A DNA stretch of 64,000 nt from Candidatus Lindowbacteria bacterium RIFCSPLOWO2_12_FULL_62_27 (lineage in GTDB: Bacteria > Lindowbacteria > 2-12-FULL-62-27), in NCBI GenBank assembly GCA_001784175.1, contig MFPR01000040.1, positions 44,955 through 108,954 on the forward strand, in the 5' to 3' direction. The notes beneath the pieces are model-generated. The model was not told the DNA's origin. It ran no database searches and saw only the letters and a list, made by a program, of their open reading frames with translations. This document shows positions 35,751 to 44,666 of this stretch, piece by piece. The position numbers and the translations under genes were made by a program. How positions within the stretch are numbered: position 1 is the first letter of the stretch; every line of letters begins with the position of its first letter.

Positions 35751-36835
35751 AAAAAACAAACGTGGTGTTATCTCTGATTCCATTTTCGGTGGTCATCGTT
35801 ACCAACTGTTGGGCATTTGAACCAAGAGAAAATTTGCCGGTTCTCAGACAGATACGATTATCGTCCACGATTGCTAAGATTGCCGGGTCGATAGATTATT
35901 ATGAATATGACTACTCATTATACAATTCCAACACGAACAGTGGAAGTGTCATGTCAATTGTTATCGATCTGACGGAGCGGGCGAAGAGAATACAACAATT
36001 CAATAGTTCTGTCGGATTTGTGGACAATCGTATGGCGGGGTTTGGAAAGGAGCATGGATATCCCCCAATTGTGGCGGTGAGCGATCTAAAAATTCCAGAC
36101 CGCTGGTTTGGCTTTTTAGGATCGGTTGCCGTCAACTGGGTTGTGCATGGAAGTCAGGATGATCATCCATGGTTGGTAGTCCCCGGAAAATCATTGCAAG
36201 GTCTTGGATTTAAGTCACCGGCGGTGCCGGGTATTACAACATTCGTGGTAACACCTGTCTTGGATCTTTCCAAGTTCTATCCGGACATTCATGATGTTAC
36301 CGGTGGATTGGAAGAAGAAAACGCTTTAATGCGACAGATAAATCAAGATCGTGATGCCATTAAATTTACCGGCAGGACATTGGGACCTGTGGCTCCACCG
36401 GTTGATTTATCAGAACTATGCGATACATTTATCCTCGACCTGATCGGCCAAGTGCGAGAGGCGGAGGTATTGGGCTGGATCAAGCACGACCTGCGGAAAG
36501 ACCGGGACGACGATGACGACCACGGCAAGCGGACGGTCGACGAGAAAGGCAAGAAGAAAGGCCGCGACAAAGACGATGACGAAGACGACGACAACGGCGA
36601 TGACGACGATTCCGACCTCGACGAGAAGAACAGGGGCCTGCCGGGTGTGGCGAAGTCGATCATCAAGAAGCTGACGAAGGTGCGTCAGGAGTGTCTGCGT
36701 GAGAAGTTCGGGATCGCCCGTGAGAAACTGCGGGCGCTGATCAAGCAGGTGAGCGCGCAGCGAGGGAAGCACTTGACCGATGAGGCCTATTATCTGATCC
36801 GATTCAACGCGGAATTTCTGCTTGAAAAAATATAA
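35747..36835 (+). CDS. hypothetical periplasmic protein with an extreme K/R/D/E-rich low-complexity C-terminal region; low-GC; coupled to the upstream gene (ATGA)
   Basis: Signal peptide MKKTNVVLSLIPFSVVIVTNCWA. ..RDDDDDHGKRTVDEKGKKKGRDKDDDEDDDNGDDDDSDLDEKNRG.. tract. No catalytic motifs. Confidence 0.55.
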   Translation: MKKTNVVLSLIPFSVVIVTNCWAFEPRENLPVLRQIRLSSTIAKIAGSIDYYEYDYSLYNSNTNSGSVMSIVIDLTERAKRIQQFNSSVGFVDNRMAGFGKEHGYPPIVAVSDLKIPDRWFGFLGSVAVNWVVHGSQDDHPWLVVPGKSLQGLGFKSPAVPGITTFVVTPVLDLSKFYPDIHDVTGGLEEENALMRQINQDRDAIKFTGRTLGPVAPPVDLSELCDTFILDLIGQVREAEVLGWIKHDLRKDRDDDDDHGKRTVDEKGKKKGRDKDDDEDDDNGDDDDSDLDEKNRGLPGVAKSIIKKLTKVRQECLREKFGIAREKLRALIKQVSAQRGKHLTDEAYYLIRFNAEFLLEKI

Positions 36836-36940
36836 GACGGTCGCCCCAATATGCTTGGTGGCCGTCCCTTTTCCATTTGGATGACAAACTTGGCCCACTT
36901 GCGGCTCTGGAGTTGCCAAAACAATAATGGAGGATGAGTC

Positions 36941-39316
36941 ATGAGAAACGACCTGCCAACATTTTTTTTTGGCATCACGAAGAAAGCGCTTACAATACTC
37001 ATACTGTCTGTGGTCGTCCTGTCACGCGCATGGGCGGCCTCCGACTATCTCCACACCATCGGCAACCGCGTGTACGACGAGAACAACACGGAGGTGTTCA
37101 TCACCGGCGTCAACTGGTTTGGATTCGAGACCACCGATTACGTGTTTCATGGTCTGTGGGCCAGAAACATGAACGACATGCTCAATCAGATGGCGGGACT
37201 GAAATTCAACGTCCTGCGCGTGCCGCTGTCGAGTGAGTTCATCAAGAAGGTCCGCACCGGGCAGACGGTGAAGCCCGGCAAGAGCAAGATCAACCGGAAC
37301 GTGAATCCTGATCTGGTGGGGAAAACGTCGATCGAAATCCTCGACATGGCCATCGCCTACTGCCGGACGATCGGCCTCAAGGTCATCCTCGACATGCACC
37401 GAACGCCCGCGTCCGGCATGATCGACCTCTGGTACAACTCGTCGATCACCGAAGAGGACTGGATGCTCAACTGGGAGTGGCTGGCTGGCCGCTACGGAGG
37501 CAACGACGCCGTCATCGGCGCCGACATTTTCAACGAGCCGCACGGCGTCGCGCGCTGGGACGGATCGAACTCGGCCGTGGACTGGCGGCGCGCGGCGCAA
37601 TTGTGCGGCAACCGGGTCATAGCCATCGAACCGAACTGGCTGATTTTCGTCGAAGGCGTCGAGACGCCGGACGGCGCCACCTACGGCTGGTGGGGCGGGA
37701 ACCTCCGCGGCGCCGCCTCGTATCCCGTCACGCTGAGCCGGCCCGACAAGCTCGTCTATTCTCCGCACGAATACGGGCCGGCGGTCTACAATCAGTGGTG
37801 GTTCCATAACGGCAGTTTTTCCTATGACTCACTGATGAGCGAGCACTGGAAACCGAGCTGGCTCTTCATCAACGATCAGGCCGACGTGCATCCCCTCCTG
37901 ATCGGCGAATGGGGCGGCCGCGAATACGACCTCGCGAGCGACAGCGGCCGATGGTTCAACTATCTTGTTCAGCTCATCGCCAACAAGAAACTCAATCACA
38001 CCTTCTGGTGCTGGAACCCCAACAGCGGTGACACCGGCGGCGTCCTGAACGACGACTGGACGACGGTGAACTGGGGAAAATACAACGTCATTCTGGCGAC
38101 CCTGTTCGGCAATGGACTCGGCCATACCGTCGGACTGGGCGGCGGCGCGCCCTGGCCAGGGTTCACTCAAAGCTGGCCCCGGGCCGTCGCATCGACCTAC
38201 GACGGAAACGGGGTGGAGCCGGCGAACGCCATCGACGGCAATTACAGCTCGCGCTGGAGTTCGACCTTCAACGACAATCAGTGGATCTCCATCGACTTTC
38301 AATCGAACCGTTCCTTCGACGGCGTGACGCTGACCTGGGAGGCGGCCTATGGCCGCGCGTATGAAATCCAGGTGTCGGCGGACGGCGCCAACTGGATGAC
38401 CGTGGCGGCCGTGACCGACGGCGACGGCGGACAGGATGTGGTCTCATTTTCGCCGCAGACGGCGCGGTACGTGAAAAAGAAGGGCGTGACGCGGGCGACA
38501 TCGTGGGGATACTCGCTCTATGAGTTTCAGATCAACGAGGTAATCCCCTCCATTTTCCCGATCGTCACCGAATCCTCCTACGAGTCCGCCGACCGGGACG
38601 GCCGCAAGGCCTTCGACGGCAGCATGGGCACGCGGTGGGCCTCAGAGTGGAGCGACCCGCAGTGGATCAAGGCCGATTACGGGACGGAGACGACCTTCAA
38701 CAAAATCACGATCGACTGGGAGTCCGCCTACGGGAAATCCTACGCGGTGGAGATGTCGCACAACAATTTCAACTGGACGCCCGTCTATTCGACCGCGACG
38801 GGTGACGGCGGGCAGGACCTCCTCACGTTCGAGCCGGTCTCTGCGCGGTACGTGCGGCTGTACGGCACCGAACGGGGAACAACGTATGGATATTCGATCT
38901 GGGAAATAAAAATCGAAAACACGATGGCCGCCATCTCCAATCTGGCGCTCGGTCGCACGGCCTACGCCTCCTCCATCGAGGATTCGGGCATGGAACCCAT
39001 CAGCGCCTTCGACGGCAACATCTCCACGCGCTGGGCCTCGCAGTGGTCCGACCCGCAGTGGCTGGCGGTCGACCTCGGGTCGGCGAAGACCGTCAGCCAG
39101 GTGACGCTCGACTGGGAATACGCGTCGGCACGGTCGTACAAAATCCAGGTGTCGCAGGACATGTCGAGCTGGACGGACGTCTACTCGACGACCACAGGCG
39201 ATGGCGGATACGACGATATCACTTTCCCGGCAGTCAGCGTGCGGTACGTGCGGATGTACGGCGCCCAGCGCGCCACGACGTTCGGGTACTCGCTGTGGGA
39301 GATGCAAGTACGGTGA
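36941..39316 (+). CDS. GH5-family endoglucanase (cellulase family A) with three C-terminal F5/8 type C domains
   Basis: GGAGG upstream. Signal peptide. GH5 motifs: VFITGVNWFGFET, IFNEPHG (acid/base E) and LIGEWGG (nucleophile E). Three discoidin repeats (..RWSSTFNDNQWISIDF.., ..RWASEWSDPQWIKADY.., ..RWASQWSDPQWLAVDLG..). Confidence 0.85.
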   Translation: MRNDLPTFFFGITKKALTILILSVVVLSRAWAASDYLHTIGNRVYDENNTEVFITGVNWFGFETTDYVFHGLWARNMNDMLNQMAGLKFNVLRVPLSSEFIKKVRTGQTVKPGKSKINRNVNPDLVGKTSIEILDMAIAYCRTIGLKVILDMHRTPASGMIDLWYNSSITEEDWMLNWEWLAGRYGGNDAVIGADIFNEPHGVARWDGSNSAVDWRRAAQLCGNRVIAIEPNWLIFVEGVETPDGATYGWWGGNLRGAASYPVTLSRPDKLVYSPHEYGPAVYNQWWFHNGSFSYDSLMSEHWKPSWLFINDQADVHPLLIGEWGGREYDLASDSGRWFNYLVQLIANKKLNHTFWCWNPNSGDTGGVLNDDWTTVNWGKYNVILATLFGNGLGHTVGLGGGAPWPGFTQSWPRAVASTYDGNGVEPANAIDGNYSSRWSSTFNDNQWISIDFQSNRSFDGVTLTWEAAYGRAYEIQVSADGANWMTVAAVTDGDGGQDVVSFSPQTARYVKKKGVTRATSWGYSLYEFQINEVIPSIFPIVTESSYESADRDGRKAFDGSMGTRWASEWSDPQWIKADYGTETTFNKITIDWESAYGKSYAVEMSHNNFNWTPVYSTATGDGGQDLLTFEPVSARYVRLYGTERGTTYGYSIWEIKIENTMAAISNLALGRTAYASSIEDSGMEPISAFDGNISTRWASQWSDPQWLAVDLGSAKTVSQVTLDWEYASARSYKIQVSQDMSSWTDVYSTTTGDGGYDDITFPAVSVRYVRMYGAQRATTFGYSLWEMQVR
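36981..36996. promoter_or_regulatory. cre-like motif AGAAAGCGCTTACAAT inside the first 20 codons of the GH5 gene
   Basis: 10-11 of 12 matches to the palindrome. Its position at +40 to +55 from the ATG makes a regulatory role less certain. Confidence 0.35.
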
Positions 39317-41937
39317 AAAAAGACGCGGGCGGCAGGGTTCGCGATTCCGGAGAGTGGATAATCGGTGTCGGGCTGATCCTGGTTGCGGCCGGATTTCTCG
39401 CTCTGTTCCTCTTATTTGTCGGCGCCCGGCAGGCCCACGCGGCCCTCAGCAAATCCTCGCCGGCCGGCGAGGAGGTCTGGCGGCTGAATTGCGGCGGAGC
39501 GAATTACGATTATACGGATCCCGCCGGCAACTGGTGGACGAGGGATGAGGCCTTTGCGTCCCTCTACCGCTGGGGCTATGCCAACGGATCAAATCGCTCG
39601 ACGGGGAACGCGATCTCCGGGACGACTCAGGGGCCCGTCTATCAGGACTGCCGCGAGGGCGGGACGACGTTGTCGTACAAAATCGAAGTACCGAACGGCA
39701 CGTACCGGGTGAGGCTCATGCTGGCGGAACTGCGCTGGACGGCCGCCGGAAAGAGGAAATTCAACATCGCGCTCGAGGGAACGACCCTGTGGACCAACGT
39801 CGATCCGTACGCACTGGCGGGCGGCCGGCACAAGGCGGTGGACTTGACGGCCGACGTGACGGTTAGCGACGGAGTGCTGGACGTGACGTTTCCGGCCGTG
39901 TACGCAGACAAGGCGTGCCTGAACGGGATCGAGATCAGGCCGCTCGGCGTGCCCGACGGCGCGTTTCTGGATTTCATTCAGAAAAAGATGTTCTGGTATT
40001 TCTGGAACGAAGCCGACGTCCAGACCGGGCTGGTCAAATCGACGGAGAACAACTGGAAAACCGGATACGGCACCGTGTCGAGCATCGCCGTCGACGGGTT
40101 TGCCCTCTCGGTCTACACGGTCGCCGCCGAACGCGGCTGGATCACGCGGCAGACGGCGTACGACCGTGTCATGAAAATGCTGACCTCGTTCGAAACGCGC
40201 CTCCAGAACGTCCACGGATTCTGGTATCACTTCGTCAACATCGGCACCGGCGCGCGCGAGATGAACAGCGAAGTCTCCACCGTCGATTCGGCGCTCTTCA
40301 TTCTCGGCGCGATTCAGGCCGGCCGGTATTTCTTGAGCGACCATCCGGATGTCTGGGCGAAAGCGGACCTCCTGTACCGCCGGATGGACTGGACGTGGTT
40401 TATGAACATCGGCAGTGACTGGCAGAAGCGGTTCGTGAACATGGGATGGAAACCGGAAAACGACGGGTATTCCTATATCATCTCCAGCGGTCGGCCCGAA
40501 GGCGGGTTTTTCTGCAACGACTGGTGGAACCGGTACAGCGAATCGATTTTCGTCACGCTTCTTGCGCTCGGATCTCCGACGCACTCGATCGGCCCGGCGG
40601 CTTGGACCGACATGGGTCGATGGTGGGCCGAGGCGTTCGGATACCGGTTCATCCAAGAACCGCCGCTCTTCACGCACCAGTACCACCATCTCTACATCGA
40701 TCTGCGAAACATCCACGACGGCGGCGCCGACTATTTCGAAAACAGCGTCCGGGCGGCGCAGACCAACCGCTTGACGTGCGTGACGGACGCGCAGGCGCGA
40801 TACGAGCCGGACCGCTGGGGCCTGACGGCCTGCGTCGGGCCGGACGGCGCCTATCACGCGTATGGCGGGTCGCCGGGCGGATCCCATGACGGCACGGTGG
40901 CGCCGACGGCTGCCGTGACCTCGGTGATGCTGACCCCGGCCGAATCGATCCGCGCGGCGCGGTACATGTTTTTCCAGTACAAGCATCACATCTGGGGCCG
41001 GTACGGGTTCACGGACGCGTTCAACGTCGGTCAAACCTGGAGAAGCCAGTTCGTGGACGGCCTCAATCAAGCGCCGATGATTCTGGCGATCGAAAACTAC
41101 AACGCCGGCCTCGTGCGAAACACGTTCATGAGCAATCCCTACATTCAGTCCGCCCTGGCGTTGGCGGGCTTCAAACCGTTTTCGGAAGAGCCGTTGGTGT
41201 CGTCGTCGACCTTCGAAGCGCCCGAACGAAACGGCGCGAAGGCGTTCGACGGGGATCCGAACACGCGGTGGGCCTCGCAGTGGTCCGACCCGCAGTGGCT
41301 CGAGATCGATTACGGGGGCGGGCGCACCTTCAATCAGGCAACGATCGACTGGGAATACGCGCATGGCCGGTCCTACAAGATCCAGTCCTCCTCGGACGGC
41401 GCGACCTGGGTCGATGCGTTCTCGACGTCGTCCGGAGACGGCGGTCAGGATGCGGCGGCGTTCGGCGAGATGACCGGCAGATTCTGGCGTCTCTATGGAA
41501 CGGAGCGCGGGACGCCGTACGGCTACTCGATCTGGGAAATGAAATACGAACACTCAGTCAATCTGGCGCTCAACAAAGTGGTGGCGGCATCCTCGATCGA
41601 AGACTCCGGCATGGAGCCGGCCCGCGCGGTGGATGGAGACTTGGGCACGCGGTGGGCTTCGCAGTGGAGCGACGCGCAATGGATATGGGTGGATCTCGGC
41701 TCGCCGCAGGCCATCCGCCGGGTGACCCTGCACTGGGAATACGCCTATGGGAAGGACTACACCCTCCAGACGTCGGACGACAGCTTCAACTGGACGACCC
41801 GCGCGACGATCGTGGGGGGTGACGGCGGCGTGGATGAGGTGCCGCTGGCGGGTGTGACCGCGCGATACGTGCGGATGGATGGCACGCGCCGCGGCACGCC
41901 GTACGGTTACTCACTGTGGGAATTTCAGGTTCAATAA
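39313..41937 (+). CDS. paralog of 31495..34107: malectin-like CBM, GH144-like catalytic domain and two F5/8 type C domains
   Basis: The GTG at 39313 overlaps the upstream stop (GTGA, same junction as at 34104). TM/signal segment. Malectin-like ..WRLNCGGANYDYTDPAGNWW... Catalytic motifs DGAFLDFIQKKMFWYFWNEADVQTGLVK and IENYNAGLV. Two discoidin repeats. Confidence 0.8.
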   Translation: MKKDAGGRVRDSGEWIIGVGLILVAAGFLALFLLFVGARQAHAALSKSSPAGEEVWRLNCGGANYDYTDPAGNWWTRDEAFASLYRWGYANGSNRSTGNAISGTTQGPVYQDCREGGTTLSYKIEVPNGTYRVRLMLAELRWTAAGKRKFNIALEGTTLWTNVDPYALAGGRHKAVDLTADVTVSDGVLDVTFPAVYADKACLNGIEIRPLGVPDGAFLDFIQKKMFWYFWNEADVQTGLVKSTENNWKTGYGTVSSIAVDGFALSVYTVAAERGWITRQTAYDRVMKMLTSFETRLQNVHGFWYHFVNIGTGAREMNSEVSTVDSALFILGAIQAGRYFLSDHPDVWAKADLLYRRMDWTWFMNIGSDWQKRFVNMGWKPENDGYSYIISSGRPEGGFFCNDWWNRYSESIFVTLLALGSPTHSIGPAAWTDMGRWWAEAFGYRFIQEPPLFTHQYHHLYIDLRNIHDGGADYFENSVRAAQTNRLTCVTDAQARYEPDRWGLTACVGPDGAYHAYGGSPGGSHDGTVAPTAAVTSVMLTPAESIRAARYMFFQYKHHIWGRYGFTDAFNVGQTWRSQFVDGLNQAPMILAIENYNAGLVRNTFMSNPYIQSALALAGFKPFSEEPLVSSSTFEAPERNGAKAFDGDPNTRWASQWSDPQWLEIDYGGGRTFNQATIDWEYAHGRSYKIQSSSDGATWVDAFSTSSGDGGQDAAAFGEMTGRFWRLYGTERGTPYGYSIWEMKYEHSVNLALNKVVAASSIEDSGMEPARAVDGDLGTRWASQWSDAQWIWVDLGSPQAIRRVTLHWEYAYGKDYTLQTSDDSFNWTTRATIVGGDGGVDEVPLAGVTARYVRMDGTRRGTPYGYSLWEFQVQ

Positions 41938-41973
41938 GACGATCGGCAACCCCTTGATTTCTCTCCTCGGAGT

Positions 41974-44433
41974 GTGTTTGATGCACGGGTGACCAAATAT
42001 CCGATGACCCTACGAACCATTCTCCGTCTGACGATCTGGATGGCCGCATTCGGTCTCTGCCTCTTTTATCCGACCGGCGCATCGGCAGATCGAGGCAAGA
42101 GAATCGTTGTGACAATGGAGGCGGTTTCTCAAGGGGCGGTCGAATTCTTCAGCACCCTGTCGACGGTGGATTTTCGGATGTCACCCGTACGGCCGCCGAA
42201 ACTCCGTGAAGAGCCGCCGACCGGGGGACGCATGAAACAGTTTGGCGCGCTCCGGCTTGGAACGGAACAGGCGGAATTTGCGGTCATGGAAGACGTGATC
42301 GCCGAACCCTTGCTGATCGATCTTGTCCCGTCGCCCGAGTCGCAGGCGATGCGCGTGACGGGGCTTGGAAGGCGGTTTCTGCCTAGTTTGAAGGATTTTC
42401 GGTCTTATCGGGCGTTTCCAACCCGCCTCCTCAATTCGGACTGGGAAGTCGAAGCGACCTTTGCGGGGAACGCTTCGGGGGCCGCCGATCCCGTCGTGGT
42501 CCGCAACAAAAATGACGGTGGACGGGTGGCCGTCCTTTACCAAACCGACAACGACAGTCTTCCGCGCGCCGCGGTTCTTCGCGAGTTTTTTACCCGCTGG
42601 GCGCCGACCGTTGCGCCGCTCGCCAAAATGGACATCGCGCTGTACATCGATCAAACGTGGTGGATTTCAAAGCCTGCGGCCGTGCGCGTCGCAAAGAACC
42701 TGATCCGGTCTCTGCAAAAAATAGTGAGGAGCATCGCAATCGTTTCGGAAGAAGATATGCCGGCGTGGGCGCAGCGAAACACGGGCGACGGCGACTTCGA
42801 TGTCCTCGCGCTCTTTGGAGATTTCCCTCAATCGATCTATCCGTCCAACAACACCCAGCCGGACGGTTCGCCGGCGGAGCGCTTTCTCGAGGATGGCAAC
42901 ATGATTCTCAACACGGCGGACTACATTTTTTGGGGTCAGGGACGAAACGCCGCCGAGGGACTCATCCACATGATGGACAACCCGGGCAAGACCGACCTGT
43001 ATGTGGACCGGGACGCGGACGGCGTCCTGACGGCGGCCGACCGGGTGGAATGGTCGCCGTGGACAAAAAGTGACAGAGTCCTGGCGGGGTCTGCGGTATT
43101 GAGTGTGCCATACAGGATCGGCAAGAACGCGTCGAATTTGCCGTGCGGAATCCAGTTCATCCGGCGTCCAGGCGACGGGACTCTGCGGCCGCTTATCATT
43201 CCAGACTATTACCGCCGGGGCGCCGTCAAATTGGGAACTCAAACGTATACGGTCGCGCTCAGAAACGCTGCGGGCGATGGGCTTTTCAACCGGATGGAGG
43301 GGAATGCCAATCGCGTGTCGATCGATCTCAACAGGAACGGGAAAATTGAAGCGGACGTGGAGGAACGGGATCTCTCCCAGTATTTTGTGATCGGGGACCG
43401 GACATATCAGGTGGCGGACATCACGCCGGATGGACTGAAACTGACGTTTGTCGAACGGCGGTTCGGGGATTCCGAACGCAAAACTTCCCGACGCCCGTCC
43501 AAACCGGCCTATCCGGTTACGTTTCGGTTTACATTTGCCGGCGCCAAACAGGTCTACCTGCTTGGATCCTTTAACGACTGGGACCCCTCCAGAGCTTCGG
43601 CCATGCGATTTCGCAAAGGGGAGTGGACCGCGACGCTGAATCTTGACACAGGCATTTATGCCTACAAATTCAAAGTCACTTCCGACTCGCCGCTTCCGGA
43701 CGACGGATGGATGCGCGATCCGGGAAATCCCCTGGTCGCCGAAAACCAGTTTGGGACATTGAATTCACTGGTGGCGGTTCCGCCCGGTTTCAAACCGGAC
43801 ACCGGGGCGCTCCTCGCCGCTTTCCGCGAGGCCCTCAAGGACGAGGTTGAGGCGCTCGGAAATATCGTAGGCTATCATCTGGCGCAAAACGACGTTCCTG
43901 CGGCAGAGCGGACATACAACCGGATCCGGCAGTCGATGGATGAGGACTTGAGCGAACACGCCGGCCGCATGGTCTGGACGGCCAAACAGCGGGAGAAAAA
44001 GCGGAAATACACAGCCCGGGAGGCGCCGGACATTCGCGGCACGACGCTGGCCGGCCGCCCTCTGGCGCTCTCCGATTTTCGAGGGAAAATCGTGCTGATT
44101 GATTTCTGGGCAACCTGGTGCGGGCCGTGCATGTACGAACTTCCGAACGTGAAAAGAATCTACGAGACCTACAAAGACAGCGGACTGGCGGTCATCGGCA
44201 TCGGCCTCGACCATGACACGGATCAACTCAATAAAACGATCAAGGACAAATCGATTCCCTGGCCGCAGATGTTTGACGGCAAGGCCTGGGAAGGCCCGCT
44301 GGTCAAAGCCTACGGAGTCGACGGCATTCCCGCGACCTATCTGCTCAATTCGAGCGGCCAAATCGTCGCGATGGATTTAAGAGGCGGGGAGCTGGAAAAG
44401 AAAATTGGAGAGATGCTCGAGGGTATTAAATAG
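41974..44433 (+). CDS. secreted multidomain protein: unknown N-terminal region, CBM48/E-set-like domain and a C-terminal TlpA-like thioredoxin (thiol-disulfide oxidoreductase) domain
   Basis: The probable start is Met11 (42004, MTLRTILRLTIWMAAFGLCLF..). E-set/CBM48-like ..FRFTFAGAKQVYLLGSFNDWDPS..GIYAYKFKV. C-terminal ..GKIVLIDFWATWCGPCMYELP.. is a TlpA/AhpC-like fold. Confidence 0.7.
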   Translation: MFDARVTKYPMTLRTILRLTIWMAAFGLCLFYPTGASADRGKRIVVTMEAVSQGAVEFFSTLSTVDFRMSPVRPPKLREEPPTGGRMKQFGALRLGTEQAEFAVMEDVIAEPLLIDLVPSPESQAMRVTGLGRRFLPSLKDFRSYRAFPTRLLNSDWEVEATFAGNASGAADPVVVRNKNDGGRVAVLYQTDNDSLPRAAVLREFFTRWAPTVAPLAKMDIALYIDQTWWISKPAAVRVAKNLIRSLQKIVRSIAIVSEEDMPAWAQRNTGDGDFDVLALFGDFPQSIYPSNNTQPDGSPAERFLEDGNMILNTADYIFWGQGRNAAEGLIHMMDNPGKTDLYVDRDADGVLTAADRVEWSPWTKSDRVLAGSAVLSVPYRIGKNASNLPCGIQFIRRPGDGTLRPLIIPDYYRRGAVKLGTQTYTVALRNAAGDGLFNRMEGNANRVSIDLNRNGKIEADVEERDLSQYFVIGDRTYQVADITPDGLKLTFVERRFGDSERKTSRRPSKPAYPVTFRFTFAGAKQVYLLGSFNDWDPSRASAMRFRKGEWTATLNLDTGIYAYKFKVTSDSPLPDDGWMRDPGNPLVAENQFGTLNSLVAVPPGFKPDTGALLAAFREALKDEVEALGNIVGYHLAQNDVPAAERTYNRIRQSMDEDLSEHAGRMVWTAKQREKKRKYTAREAPDIRGTTLAGRPLALSDFRGKIVLIDFWATWCGPCMYELPNVKRIYETYKDSGLAVIGIGLDHDTDQLNKTIKDKSIPWPQMFDGKAWEGPLVKAYGVDGIPATYLLNSSGQIVAMDLRGGELEKKIGEMLEGIK

Positions 44434-44534
44434 GGAGATCATCACCCGCGAAAATTCTGCATGTGGTAACAATCGCAATAACAGGTAGTTAAAGGCTTTT
44501 CGTTTTGGCGGCCTTGACTTTGTGTGCTACATGG

Positions 44535-44548
44535 TGTAAACGCTTACA
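44535..44548. promoter_or_regulatory. cre-like operator TGTAAACGCTTACA overlapping a putative -10 region, 119 nt upstream of ATG 44667; TTGACT -35-like box at 44511-44516
   Basis: 13 of 14 matches to TGTAAGCGCTTACA. Confidence 0.55.
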
Positions 44549-44666
44549 TGAGGGTCGGGAACGTGTCGGTCAAAATCGAGAGGTCGGGTCTGACAACTTT
44601 TGAAATTGAATAGATCGGGTTGGGACGCTGTCTTTTAGAAACGACAAAAAGAGATTAAAGGAGATT

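Noticed and set aside
36836-36940. Possible sigma-54 promoter cTTGGCCCACTTGCGG upstream of the GH5 gene
   Set aside because: The GG-to-GC spacing is 9 instead of 12, so it does not fit the -24/-12 geometry.
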